Source of the DNA: Octopus sinensis
Lineage: Eukaryota
Assembly (NCBI RefSeq): GCF_006345805.1
Contig: NC_043006.1
Coordinates: forward strand, 61,194,001-61,258,000
Direction of reading: 5' to 3'
Length of the DNA: 64,000 bases
Shown here: one piece after another, positions 43,430 through 55,246 of the stretch
Numbering within the stretch: position 1 is the first letter of the stretch
Layout of the letters: the number at the start of each line of letters is the position of its first letter
Made by a program: the position numbers and the translations under genes
Notes under the pieces: generated by a model
What the model was told of the DNA's origin: nothing
Database searches by the model: none
What the model saw: the letters and a program-made list of their open reading frames with translations, nothing else

Positions 43430-44239
43430 AATTGATAGAAATGGCAAAACAGCAAAAGAATGAACGAAATCTCGATATTATGTAAATAGAAGAATTTATT
43501 TGAAAATATGAAATGTGACAATTATTCGGTAGCCATGATAAAACTCCGAGTTTTTAATGTCAGGGCGGTTTTTAACTGCTAATTTATTATTTCATGCAGC
43601 CATTCCGCTTCATCATTATGCTCTACAGCTCAGTGGGGTTGCTGGCTAAGTCACCGATGACTCGTCGGTTTCACAATGCCACTTGTTAATCATTCTGGGT
43701 AATAATCTATCTGGGAAATTTTTTGCTTGTCCATATCATAATTTCATTAATTACTATTATAATCCTTATCTTACTTACTTGTTCACAACTATAGTTTCAC
43801 TATTATTACTATAATTATAAATTATAATTATATTACTACTGTAAGGTCAAGAAGTTCTAATATTGTCTTTCCTGATTTCTTTAGACAACAAATAATTGCA
43901 GATTTACGGCTGTTGGTTTAGCTACAGATGATGCCGCAGTGCCAAATAGAAGAGCGGGCTTGTTGTGTCTACTAACATAGGCTACTCGATTAGTCTGGTA
44001 GTTGACATACCTGGCGGTTTGAATGGGAGTGTGGGAGTGTATTTTTGAGAGGAGGAAAAACCTTGTATACCTGACATTTGATCCGCATAGGAACATGCCT
44101 ATTTTTCTGCAGCCACTATAGTATCCTGTCAAATGAAGAACTAACTCTTCTTATTCGGTTTGTGATTTTCAGGTTCAGTCGTGCATTATCTGAGTACATA
44201 CTGATAAATTATTTCAGTGCTTTGCACTGAAATAATTTA

Positions 44240-47200
44240 GTACTTCATATCTAAGCACTTCATATCTAAGCGCATCATATCTCAGCACTTCATAACTAAG
44301 CGCATCATATCTCAGCACTTCAAATCTAAGCGCTTCATATCTGAGCACTTCATATCTAAGCGTTTCATATCTCAGCACTTCATACCTCAGCACTTCATAT
44401 CTAAGCGAATCATATTTCAGCACTTCATATCTAAGCACTTCATCTCTGAACACTTCATAACTGAGCACTTCATATCTAAGCACTTCATATCTAAGCACTT
44501 CATATCTTAGCACTTCATATCTGAGCACATTCATATCTAAGGACTTCATATCTGAGCACTTCATATCTGAGCGCATTATATCACAGCACTTCATATCTAA
44601 GCACTTCATATCTGAGCACTTCATATCTAAGCGCTTCATATCTCAGGACTTCATATCTAAGCACTTCATATCTGAGCAATTCATATCTAAGCACTTCATA
44701 TCTGAGCACTTCATATATCAGGACTTCATATCTAAGCACTTCATATCTCAGCACTTCATATCTGAGCACTTCATATCTGCGCACTTCATATCTAAGCGCT
44801 TCGCATCTCAGCACATCATATCCAAGAACTTCATATCTAAGCACTTCATATCTGAGCACTTCATATCTAAGCACTTCATATCTAAGCACTTCATATCTAA
44901 GCGCTTCATATCTGAGCACTTCATATCTGAGCGCATCATATCACAGCACTTCATATCTAAGCACTTCATATCTGAGCACTTCATATCTAAGCGCTTCATA
45001 TCTCAGGACTTCATATCTAAGCACTTCATATCTGAGCACTTCATATCTAAGCACTTCATATCTAAGCACTTCATATCTGAGCACTTCATATATCAGGACT
45101 TCATATCTAAGCACTTCATATCTGAGCACTTCATATCTGAGCACTTCATATCTAAGCACTTCATATCTAAGCACTTCATATCTAAGCGCTTCATATCTAA
45201 GCACTTCACATCTGAGCACTTCAATTCTAAGCACTTCATATCTGAGCACTTCATATCTAAACACTTCATATCTAAGCACTTCATATCGGAGCACTTCATA
45301 TCTAAGCGTATCATATCACAGCACTTCATATCTAAGCACTTCATATCTGAGCACTTCATATCTAAGCGCTTCATATCTCAGGACTTCATATCTAAGCATT
45401 TCATATCTGAGCACTTCATATCTAAGCACTTCATATCTAAGCACTTCATATCTGAGCACTTCATATATCAGGACTTCAGATCTAAGGACTTCATATCTCA
45501 GCACTTCATATCTGAGCACTTCATATCTGCGCACTTCATATCTAAGCGCTTCGCATCTCAGCACATCATATCCAAGAACTTCATATCTAAGCACTTCATA
45601 TCTAAGCACTTATATCTAAGCGCTTATATCTAAGCACTCATATTAATCACTTCATATCTAAGCACTTCATATCTGAGCACTTCAATCTAAGAGATCATAA
45701 ATATCCAGCACTTCATATCTAACACTTCATATCTGAGTACTTCATATCTGAGCAGTTTTTTTTTTTTTTCATCTAGCATTCATATCTCAGGACTTCATAT
45801 CTAAGCACTTATATATCTGAGCACTTTATCTAAGCACTTCATATCTAAGCACTTCATATCTGAGCACTTCATATATCAGGACTTCATATCTCAGCACTTC
45901 ATATCTAAGCACTTCATATCTCAGCACTTCATATCTGAGCATCATATCTGCGCACTTCATATCTAAGCGCTCGCATCTCAGCTCATCATATCTGAGAACT
46001 TCATATCTAAGCACTTCATATCTCAGCACTTCATATCTAAGCACTTCATATCTAAGCACTTCATATCTAAGCACTTCATATCTAAGCGCTTCATATCTGA
46101 GCACTTCATATCTAAGCACTTCATATCTAAGCATTTCATTCTAAGTACTTCATATCTAAGCACTTCATATCTCAGCACCATATTAAGCACTTCATATCTA
46201 AGCACTTCATATCTGAGCACTTCATGTCTAAGCCACTTCCTTTCTAAGCATTCATATCTGAGCACTTCATATCTGAGCACTTCATATCTGATCACTTCAT
46301 ATCTGAGCACTTCATATCTAAGCACTTCATATCTGAGCACGTCAATCTAAGCACTTCATATCTAAGCTCTTCTATCTGAGAACCTCATATCTGAGCACTT
46401 CATATCTGAGCACATCATATCTAAGCACTTCATACTGAGGACTTCATATCAAGCACTTCATATCTGAGCACTTCATATTTGAGCACTTCATATCTAAGCA
46501 CTTCATATCTGAGCACTTCATATTTGAGCACTTCATATCTAATCACTTCATATCTGAGCACTTCATATCTGAGCACTCATATCTGAGAACTTCATATCTG
46601 AGCACTTCATATCTAAGCACTTCATATCTAAGAAAATTCAGAACTTCATATAAGCACTTCATATCTAAGCGCTTCATATCTGAGCCACTCATATCTAAGC
46701 ACTTCAATATCTGAGCACCATATCAAGCGCTTCATATCCAGGACTTCATATCTAAGCATTTCATATCTGAGCACTTCATATCTAAGCACTTCATATCTAA
46801 GCACTTCATATCTGAGCACTTCATATATCAGGACTTCATATCTAAGGACTTCATATCTCAGCACTTCATATCTGAGCACTTCATATCTGCGCACTTCATA
46901 TCTAAGCGCTTCGCATCTCAGCACATCATATCCAAGAACTTCATATCTAAGCACTTCATATCTGAGCACTTCATATCTAAGCACTTCATATCTAAGCACT
47001 TCATATCTAAGCGCTTCATATCTAAGCACTTCATATCTAATCACTTCATATCTAAGCACTTCATATCTGAGCACTTCATATCTAAGCGCATCATATCACA
47101 GCACTTCATATCTAAGCACTTCATATCTGAGCACTTCATATCTAAGCACTTCATATCTAAGCACTTCATTTCTGAGCACTTCATATATCAGGACTTCATA

Positions 47201-49050
47201 TCTCAGCACTTCATATCTAAGCACTTCATATCTCAGCACTTCATATCTGAGCACTTCATATCTGCGCACTTCATATCTAAGCGCTTCGCATCTCAGCACA
47301 TCATATCTGAGAACTTCATATCTAAGCACTTCATATCTGAGCACTTCATATCTAAGCACTTCATATCTAAGCACTTCATATCTAAGCACTTCATATCTAA
47401 GCGCTTCATATCTGAGCACTTCATATCTAAGCACTTCATATCTAAGCACTTCATATCTAAGCACTTCATATCTAAGCACTTCATATCTCAGCACCTCATA
47501 TCTAAGCACTTCATATCTAAGCACTTCATATCTGAGCACTTCATATCTAAGCACTTCCTTTCTAAGCACTTCATATCTGAGCACTTCATATCTGAGCACT
47601 TCATATCTGAGCACTTCATATCTAAGCACTTCATATCTGAGCACTTCATATCTAAGCACTTCATATCTAAGCTCTTCATATCTGAGAACCTCATATCTGA
47701 GCACTTCATATCTGAGCACATCATATCTAAGCACTTCATATCTGAGGACTTCATATCTAAGCACTTCATATCTGAGCACTTCATATTTGAGCACTTCATA
47801 TCTAAGCACTTCATATCTGAGCACTTCATATTTGAGCACTTCATATCTAATCACTTCATATCTGAGCACTTCATATCTGAGCACTTCATATCTGAGAACT
47901 TCATATCTGAGCACTTCATATCTAAGCACTTCATATCTAAGAACTTCATATCTAAGCACTTCATATCTAAGCGCTTCATATCTGAGCACTTCATATCTAA
48001 GCACTTCATATCTGAGCACTTCATATCTAAGCACTTTATATCTAAGCACTTCATATCTAAGCACTTCATATCTGAGAACCTCATATCTGAGCACTTCATA
48101 TATGTGCACATCATATCTAAGCACTTCATATCTGAGCACTTCATATCTAAGCACTTCATATCTGAGCACTTCATATTTGAGCACTTCATATCTAATCACT
48201 TCATATCTGAGCACTTCATATCTAAGCATTTCATATCTGAGCACTTCCTATCTAAGCGCTTCATATCTGAGCTCTTCATATCTAAGCGCTTCGTATCTGA
48301 GCACTTCATATCTAAGCACTTCATATATGAGAACTTCATATCTGAGAACTTCATTTCTGAGGACATCATATCTAAGCACTTCATATCTAAGCACTTCATA
48401 TCTGAGAACTTCATATCTAAGCACTTCATATCTGAGCACTTCATATCTAAGCACTTCATATCTGAGCACTTCATATCTAAGCACTTCATATCTGCGCACT
48501 TCATATGTGAGCACTTCATATCTAAGCACTTCATATCTAAGCACTTCATATCTAAGCACTTCATATTTGAGCACTTCATATCTGAGCAATTCATATCTGA
48601 GCTCTTCATATCTAAGTACTTCATATCTGAGCGCTTCATATCTAAGCACTTCATATCTAAGTACTTCATATCTGAGCACTTCATATCTAAGCACTTCGTA
48701 TTCGAGCACTTCATATCAAACACTTCATATCTGAGTATTTCATATTGAAACACTTCATATCTGAGGACTTCATATCTAAGCATTTTATATTGAAGCACTT
48801 CACATCTAAGCACTTCATATCTGAGCACTTCATATCTGAGCACTCCATATCTAAGCACTTCATATCTCAGCACCTCATATCTAAGCACTTCATATCTAAG
48901 CACTTCATATCTGAGCACTTCATATCTAAGCACTTCCTTTCTAAGCACTTCATATCTGAGCACTTCATATCTGAGCACTTCATATCTGAGCACTTCATAT
49001 CTAAGCACTTCATATCTGAGCACTTCATATCTAAGCACTTCCTATCTAAG
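44240..49050. repeat. 15-bp tandem satellite (GCACTTCATATCT[A/G/C]A), about 320 units, with higher-order blocks
   Basis: Direct sequence; reads (YEVLR)n on minus and (STSYL)n on plus. Confidence 0.98.
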
Positions 49051-50349
49051 TGATGTTTTCTTCTTTCACGGGGAGAGGTAGATTTTCCGCACGATGGTAA
49101 TGGTATTCAGTTTTACTGATGTTAATATTTAAACTCAAGCGTTGTACAGTTCTTGATCGGAGGAAGGAAAGACGCGAGTTGAAGATACGAGGTCATTTTT
49201 TGATAAAGAATTATTTTCGTCTCGCCTTGGAAAGATGTTACTGAGTGGTCAATCATCGCTCCCTGTCAGTGGCCAGGAAAATATAATCGCTATGATAAGT
49301 TTCATTATTCTCTATAGATTAATCTTTCACCCATGTTTCAAGATAAATCCGCCAGTATATTAACATTCAGTAACATTTCTCGTTCTGCAAATTTCACCAA
49401 AGGTAATATTTTAGTCTTTCCGCACATCATGGATAATGAAATTTGAAGTGTTGAGTGTCAGTCTCATTAACAATGCAGCACATACACAAGAAGAGTTGCC
49501 AATAAGTACCAATTATACTTACAAATTAGATAGGCATCTACAACCTCATCTATATATAATTGAATTAGTCCTGTGTTGTGAATTTGCTTCGGAATCATAG
49601 CTACCAAGAAGTATCTTGAAAGACATATGCCATCGCTAACTTCATTTGTCTTCTCTGAATTTCCGGCAATTTGGATCTAATCATATATCATGTATCATTT
49701 TTAATTACTTCGTCATTCAGAAATATGTATAGCAAAACAAATTGAGAAAATTAATAAAAAAAGAAGAAGACATTTAAAAATGCTTACACAAATACACGTA
49801 CCCACGCCTAACAGAAACTCTTCCACGCGCACATATTTACGAATAACTACATGTCTGATAATTAGATTACTGTAGCAAAATTACAGCATTATACTGTAGT
49901 TTACGATCATGTTAAGAATAGCCATTGAACAATTTACAAAATTAAATGTTTCCTGGAGCTAAATAACAATAACATTCATCCTAATCAGGACTGCCGCAGT
50001 ATGACAGCATATAATCTTTACTGTAGAGTACTGTTACTGAAAGTCTCTCGTTCAAGAGATGTAGAAATAATAATTATTCTCTTGTTCGAAGGTTATATGG
50101 ATACAGTTTGTGTATCAAATAGCTAACTTAAGGCGATGGCCTCATGGAGCTAATAAGCGGACAGCTTTTTTCTTATTTTTATAAGAATGCCATATTAGTA
50201 TGGCGATAACTATTATTTTCCGGGAACGCTGCCGCTGTTCTCTTTTAGAGAGACTTAGTTATTTTAATATTTCTATTATTGAAAACAAGTGGATGTATTC
50301 CACCGAAACTAGGTAAATAAAACCATCGAACAGAGATTGTCGGAAGCGA

Positions 50350-50428
50350 CACCTACTGGCTGGCTACGCTGCATTGAAAAGGGGCAATACTCCGAAACGC
50401 GTCTGTAGCTGCCGGTCAAGTAGTGTGG
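50350..50428 (+). ncRNA. Type I hammerhead ribozyme, U3:A8 core variant (copy 1)
   Basis: Stem I GCTGCA/TGTAGC extended by GGCTGGC/GCCGGTC and CTACT/AGTAG; core TTGAAAA 50374-50380; stem II GGGG-CAATA-CTCC; GAAA; CGCG; GTC site, predicted cut after 50403. Confidence 0.85.
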
Positions 50429-50711
50429 AGCGACTGACCTCCCTTGTTCGAAGGTTATATGGATACAGTTTGTGTATCAAATAGCTAACTTAAGGCGATG
50501 GCCTCATGGAGCTAATAGGCGGACAGCTTTTTTCTTATTTTTATAAGAATGCCATATTAGTATGGCGATAACTATTATTTTCCGGGAACGCTGCCGCTGT
50601 TCTCTTTTAGAGAGACTTAGTTATTTTAATATTTCTATTATTGAAAACAAGTGGATGTATTCCACCGAAACTAGGTAAATAAAACCATCGAACAGAGATT
50701 GTCGGAAGCGA

Positions 50712-50790
50712 CACCTACTGGCTGGCTACGCTGCATTGAAAAGGGGCAATACTCCGAAACGCGTCTGTAGCTGCCGGTCAAGTAGTGTGG
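50712..50790 (+). ncRNA. Type I hammerhead ribozyme, U3:A8 core variant (copy 2)
   Basis: Identical to copy 1 at +362; predicted cut after 50765. Confidence 0.85.
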
Positions 50791-51835
50791 AACGACTGAC
50801 CTCCCTTGTTCGAAGGTTATATGGATACAGTTTGTGTATCAAATAGCTAACTTAAGGCGATGGCCTCATGGAGCTAATAAGCGGACAGCTTTTTTCTTAT
50901 TTTTATAAGAATGCCATATTAGTATGGCGATAACTATTATTTTCCGGGAACGCTGCCGCTGTTCTCTTTTAGAGAGACTTAGTTATTTTAATATTTCTAT
51001 TAATAATTATTCTATTTACGAGAAATATTAATGCTATCTTTCTAAGTGAACATTTGTTCCTCCTCATCAATCACCAGTTTTACGAGGAATGCCTTTCATC
51101 AAATTCGTGCTAATTCCGGACTAAGATATCGTTTTATTGCCCCATTCTTTGATCATTACACCTGTTGTTACTGCCTCAATTACTGAATTTCATTGGCTCT
51201 GACAGAAATATGAGTTTATTTGGACCGAATATTTAAGCAAATATATTGTTTGTACCATTCGAATCTAAATTGATGAGCATTTCAACGTAATAAAATTCAG
51301 ATCTTGCCGTCCATGCACGATAAGAGGGATCCAAATCTATTTTTCATTTTCCGTTAAATATCTCCAATCTCGAAGTTCATATTCGATTGTTACTCTGTTA
51401 ATATCCATCCTTTTTACTGCGACCATTCTATCGGCTTATCCTTCCTAATCCTTAATTTCCCTCAGTCTTTAATTTCTATCTTGTTCTCACTGAACTTCGC
51501 TATTTTTTCTCCCACTTCTGGTATAAATTCCTATCATTTGGTTTTTTTAAATTTCTCTCTTTCATACTTGCCTTTCTTTTCCTCAGTTACTATTCCTTCA
51601 TCCTGCTGCAAACATCCCCGCTGCGGTCTAAGTTACCAGGGCCTACATTCCCATTCTTTCGTATTGAAATTTTCATCGACAGCAGGCGCCTTCTAATTCC
51701 CTTCTTTTCCACGTGTTAACACCAGACAAAAGTTTCTTCTTTCATTTCTCTCACTCATTCTCTCCTTCTCTCTCTCTCTCACACACTCTCTCTTTCTCCA
51801 CACACACAAAAATACACACTTATACACACAGGGAC

Positions 51836-51921
<86 letters not shown>

Positions 51922-52188
51922 GGAGAGAGGGAGAGAGATAAATAGATAGATAGATAGATATCAATTTGCATACGAACATTTTCACAGAAGTTGGCAACTA
52001 TAGTTTTAATATATTACTATTTAATATTTAAAATTAATATCTAATATGTTGAACCAGAAGCCAATATGAGAGTTTCTCTCATGGTATCGACCGCAATAGG
52101 ATTTGTTCTAAAACAACATTCACATTTAAGTAGAGATAAATCTTACGTCTCGGTATTAGTATTCCTTCTGTCACTAATATATATATAT

Positions 52189-52241
<53 letters not shown>

Positions 52242-53451
52242 TGACAAATTCAGTGGCTGACGGCCACACATTTTGGGTTTGCTACTGGTTTTTTATGTGT
52301 TGTTGGCGGGGAGATGTGTCGCTGCTATATCTTGCGGTTGAACGTCCATCATTAATAAGACCAAGGAAAGTCGAAGTCACGTGATCTGGTTGTCCCAGCT
52401 CCACCCATCCATATTACTTCCACACCTCAATCTCCATATGACTACCATTCCTTCCTCTACTCCTGTTACCCAGATCACCTTATCAAGTACATACGGCAAT
52501 ACCAATATAGCCAGATTGGACTTCATATTGGCAAGGAGGGATGAACATCCCTCTTTGGTTCATCCAATAATACAATATCGCCCGATGAAATGAATCCATG
52601 ATGATGATTAACCGAATGCTCACGGATAGTACGGTTTATAATGTACTAATCCCCAAATCATGCGATCTGTGGAAACGTAGGTAGCGATGTATTAAATATT
52701 TATAAATTCCGTCCTAGAATTATTCTCATTATATTTATCCTACATTATATCGGTATAACCGTGATGCAACACAAAAATCCTGACTCACTAGTCAGTATCA
52801 TCAGACGGTAGCCGTTTTCATACTTGATGACAAACCGCAACTCCACCCCACTATTTGGCACATGTAATTGTTGATCCACTCACAGGGATAAACCTCTTCA
52901 GGTTTCGAAGCAAAGAAATACTCATCATAATTTTAAACTTTTTCCAAATGAAAAATATATTTGATTATACATATATATATATATATATGTGTATAATATA
53001 TATATAAATATATGCATATATACATACATATATGTACATACCTACATCTACGTGTATATACACATGCATATATGGGTACAGGACATAAAATAAAACGTTG
53101 AACACAATGAGAAACGAAAACACAAATATAAAAAAAAATGGAAACGAACTTTTTTTCAAACAACGGTTATACAAAGCAACCTTCAATAGCAGTGTTTGAT
53201 AGTTATCTTTTCAAATTTATGACTGATCCAGAGAAAGTAGTTTCCGTTCACGTCTCTGTACCAACCATATTTTCATATCAAATGTAATATTATTTTGAAT
53301 TTGTAATGAAAAATGGTTCTTCCTCCTAAGCCTGATCATGGGGTTACTTTCTTCGGGTTTGAAATAATTCCTACTTGATAAATTACATCATGTATAATTC
53401 GTGCGTTATGCATCCATGATATTTCTGATGCTATTTATAAATATAATGCTA

Positions 53452-54716
53452 CGAGGGACGTTCAATAAGTAATGCCTCTGACCCACTTGCAGTTGTTTGA
53501 TTATTTATATCTCTATAGATTAAGTGGCAAATTACAGCTCTGAACTTATTGTGGTTTCTGATTTACAGGTGTTTGAACTGAGTCAAATGTGAAATGGAGC
53601 CTGTTGAGTGTCGAGCAGTGATCCGGTTTTTGTATTTGAAAGGACGCACACCACGGGAGACTTTTGATGAAATGAAATTAACTTATGGTGATGATGCCCC
53701 ATCATATGACCTTGTAAAACGCTGGCATCGTGAATTCAAACATGGTCGGAACTCTGTGGAAACAGCTCCCAGATCTGGTCGCCCCCTTCTGCCATTGATG
53801 AGGCATCTGTCCGTCAAGTTGGGGCTGCCATTTTGGAAGATCGACGCATAACTATTCGCCAAATAGCCCATGAGGTCAAGATTAGTACCGGGTCTGTGGA
53901 AACTATCATTCATGACCATTTGCATATGCAAAAGGTGTTTGCCAGATGGATTCCCAGGCTGCTCACACCTTTCCAGAAGCAGGAACGCATCGAGTGCTTT
54001 GGATGAGTTTGGAGATGTGCCAAGGAAAAGTGTCAAAATTTTTCAAAAGACTGATTACACAGGATGAAACCTAGGTCCATCACTATGATCCAGAGACCAA
54101 AGCCCAGTCAATGCAGTGGAAGCACCGTGACTCACCTCCTCCAAAGAAGGCAAGGGTGCAGCTCTCCGCTGGCAAGGTCATGCTCACAGTCTTCTAGAAC
54201 CAGGACGGAGTAGTGATGACATATTTCCTGGCAAAGGGTACCACAATTACAGGAGCCTATTATGCTTCACTTTTGAGGAAATTAAGAGAAGCTATCAAAA
54301 TCAAGGGGCGGGGCAAGATCAGCAAAGGCATCCTCCTCCTGCAGGACAATGCTCTGGTCCACAAATCGCGTCTCGCCAGATCAGAAGCACAGGTGTGCGG
54401 CTATGAACTCCTCCCCCTTCCCCCTACTCTCCTGACCTTGCACCTTCTGATTTTCACCTCTTCCCAGCCATGAAGTTGTTTTTGAAAGGAAAGCGTTTCC
54501 CGGATGATGTAGCCTTGATTTCTGAAGTCACGTCGTGGTTGTAGGACCAAGCTGGGGTCTTCTACAAAAACGGTCTTCAGAGCTGTATCAAACGATGGGA
54601 GAAATGCGTAACTCTGGGTGGTTCCTATGTAGAAAAAGACAAATAACTGTGCCAAGTTTCGTTGCTCTACTGCTATGGGAAGTGGGTTAGGGGCATTACT
54701 TATTGAACGCCCCTCG
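53452..54716 (+). mobile_element. Full-length mariner transposon (irritans-like TIR), inactive
   Basis: TIRs CGAGGGACGTTCAATAAGTAATGCC / GGCATTACTTATTGAACGCCCCTCG, TA flanks, 1265 bp. Confidence 0.95.
53594..54646 (+). pseudogene. Mariner DD34D transposase pseudogene
   Basis: MEPVECRAVIRFL..PRSGRP, ARWIPRLLT, TQDET*VHHYDPETK, LLLQDNA, PYSPDLAPSDFHLF; frameshifts and stops. Confidence 0.93.
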
Positions 54717-55172
54717 TATATCGTTATCACATAGTGGAAATATAGAATTAAAACTTTCATTTTCATCAGCTACTTCTACGGAACAACGAAATAGTGAACA
54801 TAATTGCTGATTACGTGTTACATAGAATATACCTGTAGGATATGATTTCGATGCTTCTCTTACGTATAGATTATATCATATTAAATTATATTATAATACA
54901 TTATATATATACATGTGTGTGTGTGTGCGTGTGTGTATGTATATGTATTTACGTATGTATATATTTTTGTTGGTATGTATGTACGCACGTATGTATATAT
55001 ATTGTGTTTCCATTTTAATAGCAAAATGCATGAAGTTCGTATAATAAATGAAACCTAACGGAAATTACATTGGCTTTGGCGATAGGAAGAAACAATCACT
55101 CTCCATGGAGTGGATCCATGCTTCTATTCATAATTCCAGAAGATTACCAGTGTGTGCATATATACATACATG

Positions 55173-55246
<74 letters not shown>

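Larger units (their letters stand above)
50081..51000 (+). mobile_element. Non-LTR retrozyme-like insertion: about 2.5 tandem copies of a 362-bp hammerhead-bearing unit
   Basis: Units start at 50081, 50443 and 50805, near-identical; TSD TAATAATTATTCT at 50068-50080 and 51001-51013; no ORF; one HHR per full unit. Confidence 0.88.

Noticed and set aside
44240-49050. CRISPR-like array or a definite CDS call
   Set aside because: No unique spacers and a eukaryotic context; no start or splice support, and stops/indels are present, so the coding idea is kept only as a hypothesis
53594-54646. Active or domesticated (SETMAR-like) transposase
   Set aside because: Multiple frameshifts and stops; no SET domain; lies within TIRs
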